DNA of 64,000 bases from Alphaproteobacteria bacterium (GCA_965248835.1 CBDFLJ010000002.1:2496001-2560000), one strand, 5' to 3'. Shown: positions 48,605 to 58,761, numbered from the stretch's first letter. The notes: generated by a model not told the origin, from the letters alone. Numbers and translations are program-made.

Positions 48605-50461
48605 CTATGGAATCACCAGAACGTCGTCGTCGGGGTGTTCGGCATAGAGCCGTTCGACATCGCCGGCGCGGCGGGCGAGCACGGCGCGCTGGTTGACATA
48701 GCCCTTGTCGGTGATCTCCCCGGCATCGATCTGCGGCGGCTCGGCCAGGAGCAGCGCGCGGGTGATCCGAGTGCTGCTGCCCGGGTTCTCCCTGTTGTGG
48801 GCGGCAAGGCCCTTTGCGAGCCGCGCGCGGATCTCGGGATGGGTGATGAACGCCTCGATCGGCGCGTCATCGGCGATATCCGGGCAGACGCTGCGGCAGC
48901 CGGCGGGGCTGGGGACGCCGAGAATGCCGAGGTCGTTGCGCTCATGGCCGGTGATCACCGCGTCCTGCAGGATCGGCGCGCCGGCGCTCAGCACCGCCAG
49001 CCGCAGCGTGCCGGCCGCCACCCAGGTCCCGCTGAGCAGCTTGAAGTTCTCCGCCACCCTTCCGTCGAACAGCACCCCTTTGGACGCATCCTCCGGGTCG
49101 AGGAATTTTCCGGCATCACCGATCGCGAAATAGCCCTCCTCATCGAAGGCCTCCGCGGTCTGTTCGGGGTTTCGGTAATAGCCGGGGCTGATGTGCGGGC
49201 CCTTGAAGCGGACCTCGAGCTTGTCGTCGTTGGGGACCAGCTTCATCGCGGTGCCGGGCAGCGGCACGCCGATATTGCCCCACGCGTCGGAGTCCCAGGT
49301 CATGTAGGTCGAGGCTGGCGCGGTCTCGGTCGAGCCCAGCGAGGTGACGATCGGCACCCGGTCGCCGCGCGCGGCCACCGAGAGCGCCTGGAGGCCCCGA
49401 CGCAGGGACTGCGGCAGGGCGGCGCCGGCGAAAAACAGAACGTCGAGGTCGGCGAACAGCTTGTCGCGCAGCGCGGGCTCGGCCTCCAGCGCCGGGACCA
49501 GCAGGTCGTAACCCCGCGGGACGTTCAGATAGAGCGTCGGTCTGATCTCGCGCAGGTTCGTGAGCGTCTCCTCGAACCGGCCCGGCACGGGTCGGCCGCC
49601 ATCGAGATAGTAGGTCCCGCCGTGGAACAGGATCATGTTGAAGTTGAAGTTGCCGGCAAACGTGTGGTTCCACGGTAGCCAGTCGACGATCACCGGCGGC
49701 CGGCGCAGCAGGAACGGGTAGGCGAAGATGGTCATCATCTGGTTGGAGACCATCATGCGTTGAGTGTTGATCACCCCCTTGGGCACCCCGGTCGAGCCGG
49801 AGGTCAGCAGGATCTTTGCCACCGTGTCGGGGCCGACGCCGTCCAGCCGTTCGGCGAGCGCCGGGCCGGGCTCGGTGGCGGCCCAGGCGGCCAGACTCTC
49901 GGTCCCGTCCGCCCCCGTAGAGGTCAGCAGCGTCCGGCCGCCCAGGTCGAGGGCAGCCAACGCGGCGGCGAACGGGCCCGGGTCGTCGACGAAGATCACC
50001 GACGGGTCGTTGTGGGCGATGACGTATTTGAGCTTGGCGTGGTCCTTCGACATCAACGAATAGGCGGACGAGACCGGCATGACCGGGATCCCGGCCTGCA
50101 TGGCGCCCAACTGCAGGAGCCCGAAACCGATGCTGTTGTCCGACAGGATGGCCACGGGCCGGTCCGGGCCGTGGCCGCGTTCGACCAGCGCCTGACCGAT
50201 CCCCGCGCTCCGGCGGGAGGCCGCGGCGTAGCTCAGCCGGCGCCACCGCCGCTCGGCGCCGCGTTGGGCAAGAAAAGTCCGCTCCGGCACCTTGCCCGCC
50301 CATTCGTGGAGCTTGGCGATGACATGATCCGGCCCCGGCTCCACCGGCACCGGCGATCTCAGCACCCAGGTCCCGTCGTCGCGGGCCTCGACCTCGACGA
50401 ACGGCGCGGCGAGCGGCGTGCCGGCAAACGGGGCCTTCAGGGCTGCCTCAGCGGTTGCCAT
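48605..50461 (-). CDS. Feruloyl-CoA synthetase-like acyl-CoA ligase
   Basis: TSGSTGVPKG, WLPWNH, GSTET, DGRVAENFKL.SGTWV, EITDKGYVNQ. Confidence 0.88.
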   Translation of the reverse strand: MATAEAALKAPFAGTPLAAPFVEVEARDDGTWVLRSPVPVEPGPDHVIAKLHEWAGKVPERTFLAQRGAERRWRRLSYAAASRRSAGIGQALVERGHGPDRPVAILSDNSIGFGLLQLGAMQAGIPVMPVSSAYSLMSKDHAKLKYVIAHNDPSVIFVDDPGPFAAALAALDLGGRTLLTSTGADGTESLAAWAATEPGPALAERLDGVGPDTVAKILLTSGSTGVPKGVINTQRMMVSNQMMTIFAYPFLLRRPPVIVDWLPWNHTFAGNFNFNMILFHGGTYYLDGGRPVPGRFEETLTNLREIRPTLYLNVPRGYDLLVPALEAEPALRDKLFADLDVLFFAGAALPQSLRRGLQALSVAARGDRVPIVTSLGSTETAPASTYMTWDSDAWGNIGVPLPGTAMKLVPNDDKLEVRFKGPHISPGYYRNPEQTAEAFDEEGYFAIGDAGKFLDPEDASKGVLFDGRVAENFKLLSGTWVAAGTLRLAVLSAGAPILQDAVITGHERNDLGILGVPSPAGCRSVCPDIADDAPIEAFITHPEIRARLAKGLAAHNRENPGSSTRITRALLLAEPPQIDAGEITDKGYVNQRAVLARRAGDVERLYAEHPDDDVLVIP

Positions 50462-50759
50462 CGCGCAACGCCTTCATGCGCCGGTCGATCTCTTCGTGGC
50501 TCACGAGGCCTTTCTCGGCCAGCAAGTTGGCGAGACCCTGGGTCCACAGCTCGAAATAGCTCAGCGTGTTGTAAAAATCCTCCGGGATGTCCTCGCGGGC
50601 GCGGCGGAACTCGTCGATCCACAGGTGACGCCGCACGGTCGGGCCGAGCGCATTCACCAAGGCGCTGAGCTCCTTCTGCCAATCCGCGGGCTCGCGGGCG
50701 TTCGGATCGACCGGACCGAACTTGGCGCGCGATCCGCCGATATCGTTGGGCCTTCTCAC
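50448..50759 (-). CDS. Nitrile hydratase beta N-terminal domain / ScnB-like small protein
   Basis: NDIGG..FGPV, W..E, DEFRRARE, Y..LSYFELW, LAEKGLVS.EE. Confidence 0.75.
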   Translation of the reverse strand: MRRPNDIGGSRAKFGPVDPNAREPADWQKELSALVNALGPTVRRHLWIDEFRRAREDIPEDFYNTLSYFELWTQGLANLLAEKGLVSHEEIDRRMKALRDGNR

Positions 50760-50872
50760 CGCCTGGCTCCGAACCCGGTTGCGCGGAGGCGCCAGTTTTC
50801 CACAACGCCGGCACTCACCGCAATGGCCGCCCGATGCTAGGGTCGCTCGACCAGCAAGAGGAGCGAGGCGGC

Positions 50873-52051
50873 ATGAAGCTCAGCACCGACCGGATCCTGA
50901 CCACCCATGTCGGCAGCCTGCCGAGGCCTGCCGCCCTGTTGGACCTGTTGCAGGCCGAGGAGGAAGGCCGCCCGCACGATGCCGACGCGCTGCAGGCGCT
51001 GGCGCGCTCCGCGGTCGCCGAGACCGTCGCCCGGCAGGTCGGTACCGGCATCGACATCGTCTGCGATGGCGAGATGAGCAAGATCGCCTATACCTTCTAC
51101 GTCAAGCACCGGCTGGACGGGATCGGGCCGGGCGGGCCGGACGCGGAGGCCGATACCGGCGCGATGGCCGGCCGCGACATGCAGGACCACTCGGATTTCC
51201 TTGCCCGGACGACCGCCTGGCAGGGCCAGTGGATCCGCGCGTTCGTGCGCCCTTACTGCATCGGCCCGCTGGCCTATGCCGACCGCGGCCCGCTCGAGCG
51301 CGATCTCGCCAACCTCGGCGCGGCGGTCGAGGCGGCCAAGCCTGCCGAGGCATTCATGAACGCCGCCTCTCCCGGGGTGCTGACCAAGTTCGTGCCCGAC
51401 GCGCATTACCGCGACGAGGACGCCTATGTCGCGGCCCTGGCCGATGCGATGAAGACCGAGTACGAGGCGATCACCGACGCCGGATATATTCTGCAGATCG
51501 ACTGCCCCGACCTGGGCTCGGCCCGACACAACCAGTATCAGCACCTGGACGATGCGGCCTTCCTCAGGATCGCCGAGCGCAACGTCGAGGCGGTCAACCA
51601 TGCCACCGCCGGCATCCCGCCCGAGCGCATGCGCCTGCATATCTGCTGGGGCAACTACGAAGGCCCCCACACCCACGACGTGGCGCTGGCCAAGGTGCTG
51701 CCGGTGTGCATGAAGGCGCGCCCGCAGGGCTTCCTTTTCGAAGGCGCCAACCCCCGCCACGAGCACGAATGGGAGGACCTCGCCAAGGGTACGATCCCCG
51801 ACGACAAGGTGCTGATCCCCGGGGTGATCGATTCGACCTCGAACTTCGTCGAGCATCCGCGCCTGGTCGCCCAGCGGCTGTGCCGCTACGCCGACATCGT
51901 CGGGCGCGAACGGGTGATCGCCGGCACCGATTGCGGCTTCGGCACCTTCGCCGCCCGCGAGCCCCAGGTCGCCGCCTCGGTCGTGTGGTCCAAGCTCGCG
52001 GCCATGGCCGAAGGCGCGCGCATCGCCACCGAGCGCCTGTGGGCGCATTAG
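50873..52051 (+). CDS. Cobalamin-independent methionine synthase II family (MetE C-domain) Zn enzyme
   Basis: TTHVGSLPRP, DGE, LQID.P, HICWGN, EHP, TDCGF. Confidence 0.9.
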   Translation: MKLSTDRILTTHVGSLPRPAALLDLLQAEEEGRPHDADALQALARSAVAETVARQVGTGIDIVCDGEMSKIAYTFYVKHRLDGIGPGGPDAEADTGAMAGRDMQDHSDFLARTTAWQGQWIRAFVRPYCIGPLAYADRGPLERDLANLGAAVEAAKPAEAFMNAASPGVLTKFVPDAHYRDEDAYVAALADAMKTEYEAITDAGYILQIDCPDLGSARHNQYQHLDDAAFLRIAERNVEAVNHATAGIPPERMRLHICWGNYEGPHTHDVALAKVLPVCMKARPQGFLFEGANPRHEHEWEDLAKGTIPDDKVLIPGVIDSTSNFVEHPRLVAQRLCRYADIVGRERVIAGTDCGFGTFAAREPQVAASVVWSKLAAMAEGARIATERLWAH

Positions 52052-52060
52052 GACCCGGGC

Positions 52061-52681
52061 TCAGCCGGAGACGATCATCTCCTCGACATCGCGCAGGCGG
52101 TCCTTGCCGAAGAACATCTCGGTGCCGACGAAGAAGACCGGGCTGCCGAAGGCGCCGGCATCGACCGAGGCCTGGGTGTTGGCAAGCAGCCGGTCCTTGA
52201 CCTCCTGGTCTTCGATCCGCGCGAGGACCGCGGCGCCGTCGAGGCCCGAAGAATCGAGCGCCGCACGGATCACCTCGGGTTCGTCGAGCTTCTTGGGCTC
52301 CTCCCACATGTGGTGAAACACCGCCTCGACATAGGGGCCGAGCGTGCCGTCGATCTCGGCCGCCGCCGCGCCGCGCATGATCCGCAGCGTGTTGACCGGG
52401 AAATGCGGGTTCCTGCGAAACGCGGTGATGCCGTGGCGGGCGATGAAGCGTTCGCTCTCCAGCCGCTCATAGTCCGGCTTGTTGCGCACCCCCTCATGCT
52501 GGGCCATCGGCGGCCGGTTATTGGTCAACTTGAAGACACCGCCTAAAAGCACGGGAACATATTGAAACTTTACGCCTGTTCGGGACTCGATCGCGGCGAT
52601 CACCTTGTGGCTCAGATAGGCGTTCGGGCTGCCGAAGTCGAAGTGAAACGTGACCGCAGGGGGTATGTTCGGGACTACCAT
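52061..52681 (-). CDS. 2-hydroxychromene-2-carboxylate isomerase-like (GST-kappa/DsbA fold)
   Basis: FDFGSPNAY, P.LLGG, FP.NT, GAFGSP.F...FFGKDRL. Confidence 0.88.
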   Translation of the reverse strand: MVVPNIPPAVTFHFDFGSPNAYLSHKVIAAIESRTGVKFQYVPVLLGGVFKLTNNRPPMAQHEGVRNKPDYERLESERFIARHGITAFRRNPHFPVNTLRIMRGAAAAEIDGTLGPYVEAVFHHMWEEPKKLDEPEVIRAALDSSGLDGAAVLARIEDQEVKDRLLANTQASVDAGAFGSPVFFVGTEMFFGKDRLRDVEEMIVSG

Positions 52682-53403
52682 TTCTCGATCCAGGGGCGCA
52701 GGTCCATCTCGAAGGCCCAGGCATCGCGCGGCTGGACATGGAGCTGCCAGTAGGACTCGGCGATGTGGTCGGGATCGATGATCCCGTCCTGTTCCTTCAG
52801 GGCGTAGCGGTCGGGAAAATTGTCGCGGATGAAGGCGGTGTCGATCGCCCCGTCGATGACCACATGGGCGACGTGGATGTTGCTGGGCGCAAGCTCGCGC
52901 GCCATCGACTGGGCGAGCGCGCGCAACGCCCCCTTGGCGCCGGCGAAGGCCGCGAACCGGGCCGCCCCGCGCACGCTGGCGGTGGCGCCGGTGAAGATGA
53001 TCGTGCCGCGGCCGCGCGGTTCCATCCGCCGCGCCGCCTCGCGCCCGCACAGAAAGCCTGCGAAACAAGCCAGCTCCCACATCTTGAAGTAACGCCGCGC
53101 GGTCTCCTCCAGGATTCCGGACGGCGAGTTGGCCCCGATGTTGAAGACCAACACCTCGATCGGGCCGATCTCCGCCTCGATGCGCTCGAACATGGCCACG
53201 ACCTGGTCTTCCTGGCGGGCATCGCATCCGAAGGGATGAACAATGCCGCCATCCTCGGCGATGGCGCGGACCAGCGGCTCGAGCCGATCAGCCTTGCGCC
53301 GGGCGACACAGGTCGCATAGCCGCCGCGCGCGAACCGCCGCGCGACAGCGCCGCCGGTCGCATCGCCGGCCCCGACCACCAGGGCAACCGGATCAGACGG
53401 CAT
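52675..53403 (-). CDS. SDR oxidoreductase
   Basis: VGAG..TG, FTGATAS.RG, RALAQSMAREL, HVVIDG, DLRP..EKW. Confidence 0.9.
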   Translation of the reverse strand: MPSDPVALVVGAGDATGGAVARRFARGGYATCVARRKADRLEPLVRAIAEDGGIVHPFGCDARQEDQVVAMFERIEAEIGPIEVLVFNIGANSPSGILEETARRYFKMWELACFAGFLCGREAARRMEPRGRGTIIFTGATASVRGAARFAAFAGAKGALRALAQSMARELAPSNIHVAHVVIDGAIDTAFIRDNFPDRYALKEQDGIIDPDHIAESYWQLHVQPRDAWAFEMDLRPWIEKW

Positions 53404-53504
53404 GCTCTGTTCACCTCATGCAGGTAACGTGGGCAGAGTTTGCGCCGGATCGCCCTTCGGAGCTAGTGTTCGGCGCCAGGAATCGGTCGACGGGAGCGCG
53501 AAGC

Positions 53505-54152
53505 ATGACGAAGAGTGGCGTGACACTGTGGGGCATCGGCACGCCACGCACCCACCGCCCGCAATGGCTCGCCCGCGAGCTCGGCATCGATTACGACCTT
53601 GCGCGCATCGGACCGCGGACCGGCGAGACCAAGACGCCGGAATATCTCGCCATCAACCCACGCCACAAGGTGCCGGCGATGACCCACGGCGAGGTGATCC
53701 TGACCGAGAGCGTCACGATCATGAGCTACCTGAGCGAAGTCTTCCCGGTGCCGGATCACTTCTTCGTACCGGCGACGACGATCGAGCGCGCCAAGGTCCA
53801 GGAATGGTGCTTCTTCCTGATGTCGGAGATCGACGCCAATTCGATCTACACGATCCGTCGGCACAAATACCTCAAGGATGTCTACGGCGACGCGCCGCTC
53901 GCCGTCGCCGCGGCCGGCGAATACTTCGTCCATCAGATCGAGACGATGGAGGAGCGTTTTCGGGCCGCCGGCGATTTCCTGATGGGCGAGAAGATCAGCA
54001 TCGCGGACATTCTGTTCGTCACCTGCCTCGACAGCGCGATCAACTACAAGCTGCCGGTGCCCGATTACCTGATGGCCTATTACGACCAGCTCGCCGCGCG
54101 GCCGGCCTATGTCGAGACCAAGGCGGAGAACCGCGATGACCGGCCCGCTTGA
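53505..54152 (+). CDS. Glutathione S-transferase
   Basis: INP..KVP, LTES..I..YL, SIADI. Confidence 0.88.
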   Translation: MTKSGVTLWGIGTPRTHRPQWLARELGIDYDLARIGPRTGETKTPEYLAINPRHKVPAMTHGEVILTESVTIMSYLSEVFPVPDHFFVPATTIERAKVQEWCFFLMSEIDANSIYTIRRHKYLKDVYGDAPLAVAAAGEYFVHQIETMEERFRAAGDFLMGEKISIADILFVTCLDSAINYKLPVPDYLMAYYDQLAARPAYVETKAENRDDRPA

Positions 54153-55335
54153 GGGGATCCGCGTGCTCGACCTGACGACCATGGTCTCCGGGCCGGTGGC
54201 AACGATGATGCTGGCCGACCAGGGCGCCGACGTCATCAAGATCGAATCGCCTTCCGGCGACATCATGCGGCGGACCGGCCATAAGCACCGCGGCATGTCG
54301 GCCTCGTTCCTGTCGTGCAACCGCTCCAAACGATCGCTCGCGGTCGACCTCAAGACCGGGGACGGGCTCGAGCTCGTCCGGAAACTCGCCGCGACCGCCG
54401 ACGTCCTGGTGCAGAACTTCCGGCCCGGCGCCATCGAGCGCATGGGCCTGGGCGAGGATGTGGTCCGCGCGCTCCGGCCCGACATCGTCTTCGTCTCGAT
54501 CAGCGGGTTCGGCGAGACCGGGCCCTATGCGCACCAGCGGGTCTATGACGGCGTCATCCAGGCGCTTTGCGGCCTCAACGACATCCAGGCCGACCGCGAC
54601 ACCGGCCGGCCCCGCATGGTGCGGACGATCATCCCCGACAAGACCACCTCGGTCACCGCCGCCCAGGCGATCACCGCGGCCCTGTTCGCGCGCGAGCGCA
54701 CCGGCAAGGGCCAGCACGTCCGGCTCTCGATGCTGGATACCATGGTGGCTTTTCTGTGGCCCGAGGGAAGCTCCTCGCTGTCGTTCGTCGGCAACGAGGC
54801 CGACCCTGCCAGCGGCCAATCCGCGCCCGACCTGGTGTTTGCGACCGCCGACGGATACATCACCGCAGGCGCGGTCTCGGACGCCGAATGGGCCGGCATG
54901 TGCAGGGCCTTCGGCCGCGAGGACCTGATCGAGGACGAGCGCTTTCGTACCGCTTCCGCGCGGGTCCAGCACGTCCCGGAGCGCCGCACGATCATGACCG
55001 AAGAGATCGCCAAGTGGCCAAGCGCGGAGATCCTCGCCCGGCTCGACGCCCAGTGCGTGCCTGCGGCACCGGTGCTCTCGCGCACCGAGGTGATCGAGGA
55101 CCCCCAAGTCGTCGAGAGCCGGACGATCGAGATCCACGACGACCCGGTCCTCGGTGCGGTCCGCCAGCCCCGCCCGGCCGCCCGCTTCGAGGCGACTCCT
55201 TCTGCCATTCGGGCGATGGCGCCCTATCTCGGCGCCGACAACGAAGCCATCCTGGCCGAGCTCGGATATGGCACCGAGGAGATCGAACGGCTGCACCAGA
55301 CCGGGACCCTCCGTAGCGAGCGCCCGGCCGCCTGA
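54136..55335 (+). CDS. CaiB/BaiF CoA-transferase
   Basis: QGADVIKIE, NRSKRS, QNFRPG, ISGFG, YD, PYLGAD. Confidence 0.92.
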   Translation: MTGPLEGIRVLDLTTMVSGPVATMMLADQGADVIKIESPSGDIMRRTGHKHRGMSASFLSCNRSKRSLAVDLKTGDGLELVRKLAATADVLVQNFRPGAIERMGLGEDVVRALRPDIVFVSISGFGETGPYAHQRVYDGVIQALCGLNDIQADRDTGRPRMVRTIIPDKTTSVTAAQAITAALFARERTGKGQHVRLSMLDTMVAFLWPEGSSSLSFVGNEADPASGQSAPDLVFATADGYITAGAVSDAEWAGMCRAFGREDLIEDERFRTASARVQHVPERRTIMTEEIAKWPSAEILARLDAQCVPAAPVLSRTEVIEDPQVVESRTIEIHDDPVLGAVRQPRPAARFEATPSAIRAMAPYLGADNEAILAELGYGTEEIERLHQTGTLRSERPAA

Positions 55336-55344
55336 GCAGGGCGG

Positions 55345-55890
55345 CTATTTGTGGCGGCGGTGGCCCATACCGCCGTCGCCCATACCGCCGTGGCCGCGCG
55401 CGGCCACGGCGCGGACGACCACCGGCACGGTGACCGCGCCCGCCTTCTCGAAGGTGAGCGTCAGCGGGAACCGCTCCCCCTCCTTGAGCGGCGTGTGCAG
55501 GCCCATCAGCATCACATGCTCACCGCCGGGCCGGAGCATTGTCGCCGCCCCCGGTTGCACCGGCACGGCATCGATGCGGCGCATCCGCATCACGTTGTCC
55601 GTCGTCATGTGGGTGTGCAGTTCGGCCCGCCGGGCAACCGGCGCGGAGACGGCAACCAGGCGGTCCGCGCCCGTCCCGGTGTTCCGGATCGTCACGAACG
55701 CGGCGCCGGCCGTGGCCATGCCGGCGCTGGCCCGCGCCCATGCGGCCTCGACCGCGATCGGACCGGAAATGGCACGGCCGTGCATTTCCGCCGCCGCGGC
55801 CGGGACGATGTGCGCGGCCGGCCGGAGTATCAGCACGAACAGCGCGAATGCCGCAGCCATCGACCGGAGCGGCAACGTCAGCGGGTTCAC
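55345..55890 (-). CDS. PCu(A)C periplasmic copper chaperone
   Basis: AWARAS, ELHTH..VMRM, PGG.HVML, His/Met tail; GTG start overlaps the upstream TGA. Confidence 0.88.
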   Translation of the reverse strand: MNPLTLPLRSMAAAFALFVLILRPAAHIVPAAAAEMHGRAISGPIAVEAAWARASAGMATAGAAFVTIRNTGTGADRLVAVSAPVARRAELHTHMTTDNVMRMRRIDAVPVQPGAATMLRPGGEHVMLMGLHTPLKEGERFPLTLTFEKAGAVTVPVVVRAVAARGHGGMGDGGMGHRRHK

Positions 55891-58205
55891 CGTCTGGCGG
55901 CCTCGATCAGGGCGACGATCTTGGGCGGCGTTACCGGATAGTCGGTCACCTTGACGCCGAAGGGCGACAGCGCGTCCTCGATCCCGGCAACGACGGCCGC
56001 CGCCGCCGGCACCGTGCCGCATTCGCCGACGCCTTTGACACCCAGCGGGTTGAGCGGCGAGGGCGTCTCTTCGAAGTGGAGGTCGAGCCGGGTCAGCTCG
56101 CTTGCGGTCGGCATCACGTAGTCGGCCAGGGTCGTCGTCAACGGCTGCCCGGCCTCGTCGTAGCCCATCCATTCATACAGCGCGTTGCCGATGCCGTGGA
56201 CCACCCCGCCGGTCACCTGACCGTCGACCAGCATCGGGTTGACCATTCGGCCGCAGTCGCTGACCACCACGTAGCGGTTGAAGGAGACCGCGCCGGTCTC
56301 GACATCGACCTCGACCTCCACCGCATGCACGCCGTTGGAATAGGCCAGCCCGGAAGGCTTGAAGTTGACGTTGGCCTCCAGCCCCGCCTCGACGCCCTCG
56401 GGCAGCGAATAGCCGGGCACGCCCGAGGCGGCCTCGGCGACCTCGCTCATCGGCACCGACAGGTCCGGCGCGCCGGCGACGCGGATCCGGCCGTCGACGA
56501 TCTCCAGATCCTCGGGCGCGGCCTCCAGCATGTGGGCGGCGAGTTTGAGGACCTTCTCGCGCACCTCGCGGGCGGCGAGGTGGACCGAGGAGCCCGCGGT
56601 CACGGTCTGGCGGCTGGCGAACCCGCCGAGCCCAAGGGCGACCGTCGCGGTGTCGCCGCACACGACCTCGATCTCGGCCGGGTCGACGCCGACCTGCTCG
56701 GCAGCGATCTGGGCGAGGATAGTCTTCAGCCCCTGGCCGATCGCGAGCGCTCCGGTGAAGACCTTCACCCGGCCGGAGCGCTCGATCCGCACGATGCCGG
56801 ACTCGAACGGCCCGCGCCCGGTGCCCTTGAGTCCGTTGGCAAGCCCGAGCCCGAGATAGCGCCCTTCCGCCCGCGCGGCAGCCTGGCGTGCAGCGAACGA
56901 GCCCGCCTCAACCGCATCGAGCGCGATCGCCTGGCATTTCGGGTAGTCGCCGCTGTCGGCCTTCACCGGCGTGCCGGCCCGGGTCTTGAGCGGCATCTCG
57001 TAGGGCATCGCCTCGGGCGGGATCAGGTTGCGCCGGCGGATCTCGCCGCGGTCCATGCCGAGCCCGGCGGCGGCCGCATCGAGCAGCCGCTCGATCACGT
57101 AATTGCCCTCCGGATAACCGGCGCCGCGCACCGGCATCGCCGGCACGGCGTTGGTCTCGACCACCTTCACGGCGATCTCCAGGGCCGGCACGATGTAGGC
57201 ACCCGGCACCGAGGTCGAGGCGTTGTAGGCCAGATTGATGCCCTGGGGCGTGTATGCGCCCTGGTCCTGCAGCATCGTGCCGCGTACCCCCAGCACCCTG
57301 CCCTCGCCGTCGACGGCGATCTCCATGTCCCAGAACTGCTCGCGTTCCTGGATCGAGGCCACGAAATGCTCGCGCCGGTCTTCGATCCACTTGACCGGGC
57401 GGTCGAGCAGCCTGGCTGCGACGGCCAGCACCAGCTCCTCGCAATACATCAGGTACTTGGCGCCGAACCCGCCGCCGACGTCGGGCGCCACGACGCGGAT
57501 CCGGGCCTCTTCGCTGCCCAACATCCTGACCAGCCCGGCGCGGACCTCGTGGGACATCTGGGTCGAGGACCACAGCGTCAGACGGTCCTCGACGGCATCG
57601 TAGCGTGCGATCGCGCCGCGCCCCTCGATCGAATGGGCGCCGCCGCGGTGCTGGGTATAGGTCGCGCGCGCCACATAGGCGGCGCGTTCGAAGGCCGCCG
57701 CGCACTCGCCGTAGGACTGGTCGAACTCGACCAGGACGTTGCTGGGCCGCTCTGTATGGACCGGCGGGGCGTCCGAAGCGGCGGCTGCGCGGCAACCGGC
57801 GACCGAGGGCAGCGGGTCGTAGTCGACCTCGACCAGGGCTGCGCCGTCCTCGGCCAGATAGCGGCTGGCAGCGATGACCACTGCGACCGCCTCGCCGACA
57901 TGGCAGACCTCGGTGTCCGACAGCACGTAGGGCGTGACGTCCTCGGGAAGCTGGTTGGTGCGGAACCCCAGCGGCAGGCGCGATGCGGTCAAATGCGGCA
58001 GGAGATCGGCAAGGGTGTAGACCGCGTGGACCCCGGCCGCCGCCTTGGCCGCTTCGCTGTCGATGGCACCCACCCTGGCGTGGGGATGGGGCGAGCGCAC
58101 GAAGACCGCGTGCAACGTGCCGGGGATATGGATGTCATCGACGAACCGCGCTTTGCCGCGCAGCATTGCCGGGTCTTCGATCCTGCGGACCCGCTGTCCG
58201 ATCAT
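55887..58205 (-). CDS. Xanthine dehydrogenase family Mo-binding large subunit (CoxL-like, not form I)
   Basis: RIED..L.G, VGGGFGAK, PVRGAG, GQG, ASR, GQ..GG, KGVGE. Confidence 0.92.
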   Translation of the reverse strand: MIGQRVRRIEDPAMLRGKARFVDDIHIPGTLHAVFVRSPHPHARVGAIDSEAAKAAAGVHAVYTLADLLPHLTASRLPLGFRTNQLPEDVTPYVLSDTEVCHVGEAVAVVIAASRYLAEDGAALVEVDYDPLPSVAGCRAAAASDAPPVHTERPSNVLVEFDQSYGECAAAFERAAYVARATYTQHRGGAHSIEGRGAIARYDAVEDRLTLWSSTQMSHEVRAGLVRMLGSEEARIRVVAPDVGGGFGAKYLMYCEELVLAVAARLLDRPVKWIEDRREHFVASIQEREQFWDMEIAVDGEGRVLGVRGTMLQDQGAYTPQGINLAYNASTSVPGAYIVPALEIAVKVVETNAVPAMPVRGAGYPEGNYVIERLLDAAAAGLGMDRGEIRRRNLIPPEAMPYEMPLKTRAGTPVKADSGDYPKCQAIALDAVEAGSFAARQAAARAEGRYLGLGLANGLKGTGRGPFESGIVRIERSGRVKVFTGALAIGQGLKTILAQIAAEQVGVDPAEIEVVCGDTATVALGLGGFASRQTVTAGSSVHLAAREVREKVLKLAAHMLEAAPEDLEIVDGRIRVAGAPDLSVPMSEVAEAASGVPGYSLPEGVEAGLEANVNFKPSGLAYSNGVHAVEVEVDVETGAVSFNRYVVVSDCGRMVNPMLVDGQVTGGVVHGIGNALYEWMGYDEAGQPLTTTLADYVMPTASELTRLDLHFEETPSPLNPLGVKGVGECGTVPAAAAVVAGIEDALSPFGVKVTDYPVTPPKIVALIEAARR

Positions 58206-58218
58206 CGGAGCGGGCCGC

Positions 58219-58761
58219 TCAGGCGCTCTTCAGGTGGGCGTCGCGCCGCTGGAACAGCGCCTCGTCGGCATAGCCCATGGTCTCGGGCCGAGCGCGGCCG
58301 AGCATCACCTGGAAGTAGACCGGCTCCAGGCTGTCGTTGACGTAGCCGTGCACGACGCCCGGCGGGCAGGCCGCGCACTCCCACGGACCCAGCCGCCTGG
58401 AGATCTTCTCGCCGGTCTTCTCGTCCTCGAAGAAGACGGTCAGCATCCCCTGCAGGACAAAGAAGATCTCCTCGACCTCATGGGTGTGCGCGGCATTGCC
58501 CTGGCCGGGTTCGACATACATGATCGACAGGGTGAACCCGCGCGGCGGGATGGCGCCGTCCTCGCCGTCCTCGCCGTGCTTGCCCGAGCCGCCGGCGCCG
58601 ATGAAGCGGTGCTGGGCGCGCCTGTAGCCGTCGATCCTGGCATCCTCGAAAGCCTCCCAGTCCGGCGTGATCTCGCGAAAGCACCGCACATAGCGCTCGG
58701 CGATGTCGCGGATCGGGACGTCGACCAGTTCCGGCGGACGATCATGGCGGGCGACGCTCAT
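58219..58761 (-). CDS. Cupin-domain protein
   Basis: PGQGNAAHTHEVEE.FFVL.G, CPPGVVHG. Confidence 0.88.
   Translation of the reverse strand: MSVARHDRPPELVDVPIRDIAERYVRCFREITPDWEAFEDARIDGYRRAQHRFIGAGGSGKHGEDGEDGAIPPRGFTLSIMYVEPGQGNAAHTHEVEEIFFVLQGMLTVFFEDEKTGEKISRRLGPWECAACPPGVVHGYVNDSLEPVYFQVMLGRARPETMGYADEALFQRRDAHLKSA

Noticed and set aside
47351-49678. 775-aa ORF as a novel fusion protein
   Set aside because: Artefact of the CocE frameshift running antisense into the acyl-CoA ligase
58554-58580. 9-bp tandem repeat in the cupin (GEDGEDG)
   Set aside because: In-frame micro-duplication in a probable loop; no evident significance
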